Assembly (NCBI GenBank): GCA_000934665.2
Contig: JYFJ02003358.1
Span: 1-42,996 of the forward strand
Length of the DNA stretch: 42,996 bases
Direction of reading: 5' to 3'
From: Catajapyx aquilonaris
Taxonomy: Eukaryota
The notes beneath the pieces were generated by a model. That model worked only from the letters and a program-made list of their open reading frames with translations. It made no database searches and was not told the origin of the DNA. A program made the position numbers and the translations under genes. Below are positions 11,001 through 22,015 of this stretch, in pieces (position 1 is the stretch's first letter; every line of letters begins with the position of its first letter).

Positions 11001-14000
11001 CTATGAGACAGTACAAAAGTTCTCCTCACTTCCCAGATCAGTGCCCATGTCTCCCTGAAGCATGTGGTTCACAACAGCTCTTGCTAGGTAACCAACTGTC
11101 ACTGGTGTTGGGGAATTAAAAAATCCTGTCATATCATGGCTTCTTTCCTTATTTAAATCCTGTAAAAATAATAATGGTCACATATACAACAGGTTACATA
11201 AACATATTATTTTAGTAGTTGTGTGGAATTGACAGAAAGTGCTGAATAATGCATTATACTGTATGAATACTTCAGAAAACCTATCCTGATGCTATAGACA
11301 CAACAATTAGTACTTAGCAAGGTGAAAGTAAGAATAGGACACCAATCACCTTGCTGTAGTACTAATGGTTGTGATAGATTTTTATGAAAATGTTTTCGAT
11401 TTGGCCCGTGTTGGTTACGATGTCCCATTTCTCCTGCAACTTTGGAATGAGTAAAACTCATCACTGGCTTTACATGCACTAGCAATATCACAGATAGTGA
11501 CAAACTTTGGCTTATTGTAACTTATTTAAGGGGCCATCCATAAAATTAACGCTTGGGGGGGNGGGGGGGGTCCGGCCGACCGTTACGTAATGCCCTCATT
11601 TAAATACAATTAATTGGAAAATTCAATTTCATAACGTAAGTTATGCCTATCCAAGTTTGTCCATCAATAATTCTAGGATATGCACATTTTATTACTGTAA
11701 GTGTTCATCCCTTGTATTGATGAAACACAATGTCATTATTAACAGCATTTTGATTCCATAACAGTTGCGTTTGGCATTCACTGTGACATACCTTGTTGAA
11801 CATGCGCAATGCTTCTTCCAGAAGCTTATCCAAATCAACACTCTTCTCAAAGCTGAGTTCAGGGTTCCTATGCAAAATGGTTGAAACAACACAAAGCAGC
11901 TCAACCATAACCTGTCTGTATTCTGGTCTATCCACCCGGTTGAGGGTCTTTTCTACTAAGAGGGCAAAGTTGAGCTCAGACATGGTCATGTTAGAGATGG
12001 TTGGGTGCTGAGGGAGGTGACAGTCCGCCACACTTATCCCTTCTTTTGTGCGCTTCAGGATTGTCCAAACCATCTGATAGAAATTGTCTGGAACTCGCCC
12101 AAGGCAGCCCTCCAATTGGCGCTTCTGGTATGGGGTCAACCTAAAAGATGTGAGAATAAGCAGAATCACAAAGCTTGTTCAGGTGACCTAAACAATGACT
12201 TGTAACTGACAAAAGTACGATTGTGAAAGTATTACTTTATCTGACCTAGTATGCTTTAGACTGGCTAGCTAAAATAATCCAATTAAAACCACAAATTAAA
12301 AATATACCTCATTGGTATCAACAAAATTATATGATGAGCGTTACAAACTTCTATAACACAATATTATGTCACTTTCAGCATACATGAGCATCAAAATTTC
12401 AAAACACTTCTTACGAATTGTCCACACTCCACTCCCTAATCTTGAAGATCCGATTCAGGAAAACCCTTAGCTCACTGGGACTGTAGCATTCCAAGGGCTG
12501 TGGATCTTGCACAAATCCCATGCCCATGTAGAGCTTCACAGCATGCAAGATCCAACCCACACGAATATTGCGTATCCCATTAAATAAATCTGGACTGGTT
12601 GTCATCAGCTGCCCCACATGTACTATGACCTCCTGCTGCAGCACCGCCTGGTAAATATCAGCAGGTTGAACACGGCTGTAGAGCACCTCATGAATCTCCT
12701 TTGGGGTCATAGGTTTTCCCAGGACAATCTCTTCCTGGCCTACGACACCAACAGTCACCTGCTTTCCGTTCACCAGGACCTGTTGAAGTGGTTAACTTAT
12801 TTTAAAATCAATGTAGATTCTTTTTTGGTTTCTAATTTATGCTTCAGTCAGGGCCCAAAAAAAAAGATTGTCATACCATGCCAGCAAAATTAGCTGGTAG
12901 CAAAAAAAAGGCAATTCAGTAATATGAATAAGCAAGCAGTATTGGGTTACCCTAGGCGATACCTGGTCAAGTGTCACAAGATTTTTGGCAATGTGTTCAT
13001 TACCACAAACTAATATTTTCTCTCAACTGTTGATGTCAAATTTGATGACCAACCTGAGTGATGTAGGGACTGATACTGTCCACCATGTGTCTAAGCAGGC
13101 TGCTGCACCTCCTCACAGTGGCCCACTGCCTCATGGCCCCAGCCTGTCTGGTGATCTGACGTAGCTGGTCTTCCACAGTTACTCCCTCCAGCATAAATGT
13201 TGGGCCTTCTCGTGACAAGAGGATTCCCAGTAGGCAACTCTTACCATACAGTGTAGTTGTGAATTTCAAAGCCTCGAGGATCTCATTTGTTGGCTTTTTC
13301 TGATATCCCTGTTATAAAAGTAGTGGGTTCATTATTACATTCTGCACACAATGTCTGAACTTAAAGTTCCACATTATGTACAACATTAACAAAATTGGTC
13401 AGCAACCATATAATTGCAAGTCACACAACTTGTGTTCTTCATGCAGGTAATAAGAATATTTAGCTACACTTACAGATAAGTCTGAAATGGGTTCATTGTA
13501 CTTCACAATCTTGGGTATGTCTGTGAGACTCTGGAAACCAGTGTACTCATGGACTAGCTGAATAAAAGGCTGTATGTCCAGCTCAAGCCCATCCACAATA
13601 TCCATGAAGTCCAAATGCTCTGCAATATGACAATTCCATTTGCCATGTGATACAATGACAAAAACAAATCCCAAGTGGTTCTCACCAATGCATGAAGAAG
13701 CAATCATGTTCTGAAGCCGTCCAAGTTGAACCTTCTGATTACCGCAGCTGCCAGATTTTAGCAATGCCAGGAGCCCTAAGAATTCTTTAAATTTTGGGTC
13801 TCTACATGCCAAAATAAGAGATCCAGACAGTACCATATAAGACTCACACAGTAAGACTTCACAGAGTAATTTCAGTATATGAAAATGCCACCAGCATTAC
13901 ACCTATTGCTGAAAATGCACTGTTAAAGATTATAATCAATATTGAGCCACTAACCTCATGTGATCTTCCCGAATAAGAATGCAGTAAGTTGGTCTTCCTG

Positions 14001-17000
14001 ATAGTCTCCAATATTTCCCAATAAAATGGATGTCATTTTTTATGTCATCAATTAAAATTGTCATGTCATGAGATAGGTAGAAGTCTGAAACTTCCAGGAT
14101 CAGTGGGTAGCAGAGAACTGTCTGACCAAACACTCGATATATCTATAAAAAATTATGTGTTTTTTACTTAGATAGGAATAACTACAAAATTTAGAGAATA
14201 TAGCACACGCCTATTTACAACTACCACTTGATCACACATATCACCCTAATCAACTGATTTAGAGTTCTACTGTACCTTGGCAGTCCCAAGAGCTCCAACA
14301 GGTCTGGGTGGCCTTCCCTTAAGTCCAAGTTTGTCATTTACTCCCAAGTTCTCATAAACTCTGACAAGCTCTGATGGAGGCCAGATCTGGACTGGCTCTA
14401 TCTCATGAGGGGTCTGGGTGAGAATTCCATAGGTAGCCATCATTGCTTTCAGACGCATTGACTCTGCTATCAGAGACACCTGTACCACCAGGTCTGGAGC
14501 TACAGACTAATGAAACATACACCTATATTAAAACTCATTATTATATCAAGTGTATCTTGCATGCAGTCAGGCCTGAATATTTGGAAGACACATTCATGCA
14601 TGCATTTTCAATCCATTATCAAGATAACGGCCCAATTAAATTGTAAGCATTTGAAAACACACTTACCCCAGTATGGCGCTTGCCCTGGATGGCATTTTTT
14701 GTATAAAAAATAAAAGGACATCGGAAGATCAGTACAGAAAACCACACCACAAGAAATTAATCCAAAAATGCATCAAGCTATAAATAAAAAGCCACCACCA
14801 TGAAATCACACCAAAAGCACTTCAAGAACAATGTGCAATTAGAATGCGAGGTAAAATTAAAGAGATACTGATCAGGCTAATCTTCTTTTAAAAAACTATC
14901 AACAATGTGCATTTGAAATGCAAAATTCTCCATGTGCAGAAGTCTTCCTAAGAGGCTTCAGATACCATACTCAAATAATGAGTTAATGACATTGTTCTAG
15001 AATGTTTCCAAGAGGACATGAATGTATTACCCGCACCATTTGATACAAATACCATACAAGCTAGACATAACTTGACTTTAAAATGTGGCAACTTAATGTG
15101 CACAGGGAAGGACTCAGCAACGAATTGCAATGGCTAAATGTGACACATCACAGAAGCAATTTCTTGTGGTGGTGTCAACCCAAGAATACAGTGGAAGGTT
15201 GGGCATTGCCATAGGAACTCATAAATTTAACAAATCAGACACAGGCTGCTGGTGGTAATAAGTTTGCAGTAACTCTGGAGAGTACACAGCTCTCCAGGCA
15301 TGTTTCTTCCAACAGGCCCAAATTTTGTCCGTAACATCTATTATGTCCCATCTCAATTAATGGTTGCCACATTACTGAGATATTAACAGGATATCCTCCT
15401 CCACTTCTTGCCAACATGATCTTCTTGCTTTATGGCATCATTTACGCAATTGTGATGTGGGCTTTAAAAACCCTCTTTGATCGTCCTCTACACAATGTTG
15501 CACCAGTCGCGGTATATGGAACGGTATATGGAAGAACCCTGCACAGCGGGTACACGGTATATTCCATGAAAAACCGCGGGTTTATTCCATAGCGTTGCAT
15601 CGGTCCAGATAAACGCGGGGTTTTCGGTAGTTCGCTGGCTCATGAGAGACGTAAGAAGGCAAAAATTTTGGAGAGCGCTGATTGGGTCGCAGCACCCGTG
15701 ACGCAATCCGTGACATCATGGAAGTATGGCTATTCGACTAGTATCTACGGCAACCATGTGGCAGGGTTGCCACCTGGTGTCACACAGTATACAAAATCCC
15801 TAGCACCATGACGACACCATAATCCCGCGGTATAAGCAACTTGTGCTGCAGGATCGGCGGGTAGATGGATCCGGCGGTAAATGGGAGGGAGAACGGGCCG
15901 TTTTAGAACAACCGTAGGTGGCGCAACACTTCTCGCGGTATACCGGAGTGAAAACCCGCCGTTTTCCATATACCGTGACTGGTGCAACCGGCCCTTAGTC
16001 ATGTCATAATTACACTTTAGATTTAGTATTTTGTATCTTAGTATCTGTAGAATTTTGATGTCACCAAATATACCGCAACATAACAATAAAAAGACTCGTG
16101 CTATTAAGTTCCAGAGAGTAGATGAACTTCATGATTCAGCATTTAAAATGTCAAAAATATAAGCATAAATGCTGACATTCCCAAGTTACTGTTTCTTTGA
16201 GCTATTATTAAAACACTCGGCTTAAAATCTTTAAGCTGAAATGTAAGGAAGGCTTCAGTGAAGCAGTGGTGCAATAAGACAATAACTCTTGCCTTCATTA
16301 TGCAAGGTAAAAACTACCCATATCAATCACCTAGAAGCAGAGCAAGAAAATCCACAAAAGTTGTTGCTGCTGCGACAACAGAATCTGCTCTGGCTGAGGT
16401 TTGCTTGATGTGCTTCACCGAAAGTTGAAGGAGCAAATCAGTAAATCCAGAACAGGTGACAATCAAATGTTATTAATAGAAGAGTAATTATTATTATTAC
16501 TCGTTCAGGGTTTACCGTCATTTTTAGAACCCAACCTCAAAGGGGTGTATTATGGAATAAGTAGTATTGCACAATCATCATTTTCATTGCATGTGAGTAT
16601 TAGGAAAAAATATTAAACTAGAAAAATAGGACATCATCTAATATTGCTATAGAAATTAAAATTCTTGCACTTTCTTATACTGGATCTTCATATGGCCATT
16701 GAAAATTCTAAGCAATAGCAAAGGCAAACTTTTTATCCCTATATCGTTACATCTCTTGCAGTTCCAATTCACTTTTCTCATTCATGACAACATTGATCGT
16801 TCGCAATGAAAATGTCCATGAAGCAAAAACTGGTTTTTCTGGATATAATGTTGAGTAAGGTATCTTCCTAATCGTATCCTTGGGAAATGCGCTCTTGTTA
16901 TGAGAAAATGTGAGAGAGCAAAAAAGTGCACATACAAACCCACGTAAAAAGAGGGAGAGTTGAAATAATAGACTACAGGTGCATGGACTCGCCTGGAAAG

Positions 17001-20000
17001 CAGAGTACCTTCCACCAGCCTTGGGCCTGACGTAAGATGGCAGGTACCTTCTCATCAGGTCCAGTTCTGTGACACTCAGCAAATGATTGATAAGAAGTTC
17101 TGATATCAGGTAAAGAGCCTGTCCCCAGAGGAAGATGTGCTCGGAGCTTCCTTCCTTGCTCCCGTATCTCAGTTGGCTTCCAGGGTTTCTCCTCTCTCGA
17201 TCTATATTCTCTTTGGGGACATAGTAATACATGGGGACTATGGGATCACCATTGTGATCCACCTTCAAGCGGTTCGCGAGTGCTGATGTATACTCGTCTA
17301 CTTGATCTGGAGCACCTGCAATGTTGACAACAAAATTAATATGCTGGTAACTCTAAGACTGAAAGACTACTACTGACCTACTGTCACTCATTTGCTTGGT
17401 TTATTTGTGCAGGGGAGGTAGGAATGATTGAAGTTAGGTTTTTAAATCAAAAGTAATTAACAGATGTGATAAGCCATGAAGGAAGTTAAATAGAAATCAC
17501 TGTCAAGGAATACCCCTTAATTCAGTTTGTCATTGGCTGATGTGCCCTATTCATTCCAGAATAAATAGAAAACGACAAGAATAAGTCCCTTACCTTTGAA
17601 AACCCCATCAATAATCATGTATATATAGAACAAAGGCCACTCGCACTCCACATGTTCAAACTCCTTGGTCTCGCCATCATAGTAGTAGCGACGAGCTGAG
17701 TCTTCTAATTCAGTAGCATACCCATCCCGCAAAAAGCGCTTAAATCCATATGTGCCCCTCAGCTTGCGCACAATTTTACTCTTGGTAGCTCCATAAAGAA
17801 CCTCATCATGTGTTGCAAAAGCAGGGAATGAAACAGTTGGGAGTAATGATGCATCAATATTTTTAGAGCTTGACTCCTTTGGCAGCATAGTTTCAAATAT
17901 ACTTCTGTTACGATTATGGGCATCAATGTCAACATATATAACACTCCAGGCAGAGCCACGAGTTCCAAACAAATTGAATCCATTAATTGCTTCTAATGCA
18001 GCTTTTGCCATACCAATGCTTGATGCATGTATTTCAGGGCTGCCATCATTGTATTTGGAACCTCTTCCCCACATTCCATAATCTGGTGTGCGATATGCTC
18101 TCTCTACATAATAAACCAGATTCTGCACAAAAGCAATTTCATCTCTGGTATATATGATTTGTAGATCAGATGATATCATCTGCACTAGGAACAACAGCCA
18201 GAGAGAGACAATGTCTATCTGCAAGTGATGGTGCTCATGGTCTTGCAGTACAGTGTCACCTGTCACCAAGTGGAACTTGCAGTGCAGGGAGTTTTGAGCA
18301 CATTGGTTCTTTTTGAAAGCCTCCACTCGTGAAGCCTGTCGTAACCAGCATTCAAGAATACCCCGCATTGTCTTGACAGCTGACTGGCCCAGGATGTAGG
18401 ACCGCCCACGATCATCATCCATGCGCCTTAAGGAATTTAAAAATCCGAACATCCAATCAAAATGTTATACGTATACAGTGTAATTAAGCTTATTTATACA
18501 AATAACCTTACTCTTAGTGTTTAAAATATTTAGCCCATGGCTCATGTCTATTACGAGGGGGGTCCAGAAAGTAAGGTAAAACATTTTTTATCTTGTAAAG
18601 TTTTAATGACAGATACATACAACTCACACATATTGAAGATGTGGTTAATCTTAATGTCATTATTCAATGTGATCATCGAGTTGGTACAAGCACTTGTTCC
18701 ACCAAGTCTTCTATACCCCCTGTCTAGAATTTCGGGTCAAGCGCAAGTAGCCAGGCGATGCCCTCTAATTTCACCTCCTCAGCAGTGGCAAATCATCTTC
18801 CTGACAGGTGACGTTTCAGGGGGCCAAAAAGTGAGAGGGGTCCAAGATTTAGCACATGTGCGAAGGACCCATTCTTTGGATGCACAATGTCACACTAGAG
18901 ACCATGGTGGTTTTTAATTATCCTTCTTCTCTCCAGCCAAAAATGTCCAGACCAGGTCTTCTGCGAAGAAATTCATGGCAACAGTCTACACTTGGTCCCC
19001 TGAAAGGTCACCTGTTGGGAAGAGAGTTGTCCAGTGACGAGGTAAAATTAGAGGTCATGACCTGGCTACTTGCGCTTGACCTGAAATTGTAGGCGGGGAG
19101 TATAGAATACCTGGTGTAACGGTGGTAAATGTGCTTGTACTGACTTGAGGATTACATTGAAAAATGACATTAGCCATATATTCAATATGTGTAAGTTGTG
19201 TGCATCTAACTGAAACTTTCCAAGATTTTTTTTTAAAAATGTTTTACCTTACTTTCTGGGCACCCATCGTAAAACAATCAAGTCTTTATAATAGCAAAAT
19301 CAATATCTTTGGTAAGTTTTTGTTATGTGACAGAAATGCATGGAAATTCCTTCAGCCGGACCAAATAAAAGTTCTTTAATGGAAAAATTTTGGTAATACC
19401 CAGGTTTCACTTCATTTACAGTAAGAATTACCTGAATGACTGGCAGAGAGCCCAGAGTGAAGCTGCACAATAGATGCTATCCCTCACACTACCAATCTGA
19501 GTCTCTGATGAAACAATTGGGAAAAGACCAGTAGTAGGGCTTTGGTAGTTGAGGATCTGCCTCTTCACTGCAATATAATAAAAAATTACATTTCTATTAC
19601 CAAAAATTTGACAAAGGAAAACAAAAAAAAAAAACTGATCTATATGCTACTTGGTGTTTAAAAAAGTGAACCCATCTCGACCCATCCTCTCAGACTTAGG
19701 TATGATGCGAATGTTTGTGGCAAAATTATTCTAATTGGTTCTAGTTTGAAAATTTTTGGCAAGTGAAAGCAATATGTGGTTGGCTCAGTAATGGAACCAA
19801 AATGACATAACTCAAAAAGCGGCCATTTTGCTTTATAACATGACAGGCCCACCTATGTAAACATAAATGCAGTAGGTCCATGTTGCATTGAAAATTCTCA
19901 CTTTACAATAATAATGCCTAAAATAGCAATGATTTTCCTGTGCTACTACAACTGTTACAATTTATTAATGTGAGGATATTATCGGATATTATGACATTTC

Positions 20001-20762
20001 ATTCTCTCTATAATATAATCAGTCCTGACACCCTGAGGATGTAGTCATGAGTCGATTAACCCAAAGAGAGTCATGATTTTGCGTAAGTATAATATTTGTC
20101 CCCAGATCAGTTTAGCAAGCAGTAATTATCAATTGCCCTGCATTTTGTAATAATTGGTAACTTCAACAAAAAAAGTACTTACTTATGCCATAATACATCT
20201 CAAGTTGCCGCACAGAAGTCTCATAGTCCTGCCTTGGTGATACTATCCCCTCGCTACCTTCTCTTTCTGAAGCTGAAACTCCAGCACTGCTCTGCCGCCC
20301 TCCTCTGCTGCCACTTCTTTTATTCCTGCAAAGCAAAGCCATAAGAACAATCGAAGCATAACTACATGACCAAATGGAACGTTGTTACCAATTGTTGTGA
20401 ACACTAAACTGGTGCAGTGTATAATGTGTAAGGATCTATTCTCATATCTGCATGATGTAACCTGTCCTGGCAGTGACAATACTATTTGCAACCAGAAACC
20501 ATTGCTGAACTAGACAGAAACATGTTGGACAACAATGGTTCCCAGCTGTAGATAATCTTCCAATGCTATAAATTCACACCCCTCTGTAATAGTACCGCAA
20601 GCAAACATGGTGCCAGTTATGACATTCATCCTGAGACTGTAAAGCAGCTTTGGCCATGCCTTGTTTTGCATTAGTAATTGCCTTCAAGTTGCACAACAGG
20701 TCAATGAAAATAAAATGATTTCACTTTGGTTCCTCTAAAACTACTTACACGTGTCGTGTCAT
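11001..20762 (-). CDS. PHKB: Phosphorylase b kinase regulatory subunit beta (~1091 aa)
   Basis: Exons 20762-20749, 20325-20183, 19567-19432, 18426-17594, 17315-16993, 14684-14667, 14506-14276, 14142-13955, 13801-13686, 13619-13474, 13308-13054, 12779-12415, 12140-11792, 11159-11001. Motifs [67 protein letters not shown]-terminal CaaX CTVS*. The first exon and the 18-nt exon are less certain. Confidence 0.95.
11530..11650. mobile_element. Degenerate MITE-like fragment in the last PHKB intron
   Basis: TAA followed by GGGGCCATCCATAAA, a poly-G tract (containing an N) and CGTTACGTAA, a pattern resembling arthropod MITE ends. No clean second TIR. Confidence 0.35.
15497..15994. mobile_element. MITE (possibly PIF/Harbinger-like) in a PHKB intron
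   Basis: Inverted repeats GTTGCACCAGTCGCGGTATATGGAA (15497-15521) and TTCCATATACCGTGACTGGTGCAAC (15964-15988), 24/25 match. The right end continues CGGCCC then TTA; the left tip is eroded; the interior is GC-richer than the flanks. Confidence 0.75.
18554..19269 (+). mobile_element. Internally deleted, decayed mariner (Tc1/mariner) element in a PHKB intron
   Basis: TA flanks at 18552-53 and 19270-71. TIRs CGAGGGGGGTCCAGAAAGTAAGGTAAAACATTTTT and its complement with 3 mismatches. Transposase remnants SAKKFMATV and [19 protein letters not shown]...RW*MC..LEDYIEK* with internal stops. Confidence 0.9.
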
Positions 20763-20930
20763 GGCTTTGTCTGTACGTGGATGTTTTAAGGATGGATTCT
20801 ACGTTGCCTGTGGGACCTGTGGGACAACAGTCGTCGCTCTCTCCCGCTCTCCTTGACGCATTTTAAGACGAAGAAGCAGATTTTATAATCCGACCCGTGA
20901 TCCGACCCAGGTCGCCGCCATTGCTGCAAG

Positions 20931-20938
20931 TGACGTCA
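20931..20938. promoter_or_regulatory. Perfect CRE/ATF palindrome TGACGTCA at the PHKB 5' end
   Basis: Exact 8-mer about 170 bp upstream of the proposed ATG, in a CpG-richer patch beside a YY1-like CCGCCAT. Confidence 0.5.
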
Positions 20939-22015
20939 CAGAATTCCGTTCCGGCTGGCCTGATTTACTTATTTTAATTTAAAAACTAGCCACTTACAAT
21001 TGAGTAATAGTATAAATCCTGTATATGAAGTGGAAATTAATAACTTTTTAGTTATAAAAACTTAACTGCGATTCGTAGTTTGTCCAGCAGGTGGAAGCGC
21101 GCGCGATACGAAAGGATTTCGAACTCTAAAGAGAAGGAAGGTTGGAAAATTACGGTAAACTTACGACATCCTACGGAGAAGGAGATCGACATCCATTTTA
21201 CTTCGGTTCATGGTGGCAAGTGCGGCAAATGTCAAATGTGATGAGGTGCAGAAAACCAGTTTGTCACCTCAAGATTCAACTTCTCTCAATTTGTGGGTGA
21301 GTCTAAACAGCATGCTGCTGTTGTTTCACGATATGCGTTGTTTACGTAACATTAGCACGTTTGTGTTCATTAATTGCGTATAGTTTGTCTAGGCCCTACT
21401 CCAAGATTACAGTGGTTGTTTGGTAGTTACCATAGTAACATATTGAATCATCATTGGTGATTGGATAAAAGGGCAAGTTACCACAGTTGTAATTGCCAAA
21501 CAACCAACGCAATAAGACACATCCTGGACACATCTTTAAAATTATCTGGAATACAAAACGACATTTTAATTCTTTTTGCAACTATGCAGGAAATCTCCAG
21601 TTCCTTCTCGTCCCGCATTAATTATTGTTACAAAACAACACTGAATTATATTACATTCTGCTACAGTGCGGTTTTTTCAGTGACAGGTGTAATAATTTTA
21701 TGCTATCCACATTCTCCATAATGACTATTGAAAAGACAACTTCACCTGGCAAGCAAATCTTCAGGGTTACTACAATGGAATTTTAAAGCGAAAAAGCATT
21801 AACATGTGCTTTTGAAAATAACCACATTATAGTACTTTTATTTTTCTCGATGATACCAAGATGATACAGACTGGTGTAATAATCATCCACCATGCAGGAA
21901 AAGACACTCGTCGTCATCAGATCTCGTATGAAAGTGTTTAGAGGGGCTATTACCAAAGAAAGAAAAGAGACAATATGAAATTTATTCTAAATCCTGGTGT
22001 CACGTATAGAAAGTT

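Noticed and set aside
16747..16992. Read-through extension of a PHKB ORF (ASPCTCSLL...)
   Set aside because: Intron sequence after the GC donor; no resemblance to PHKB.
19680..19850. Repeat-like intronic patch (also 4430-4620 and 12860-12990)
   Set aside because: No TIR pair, TSD or second copy could be established within the window.
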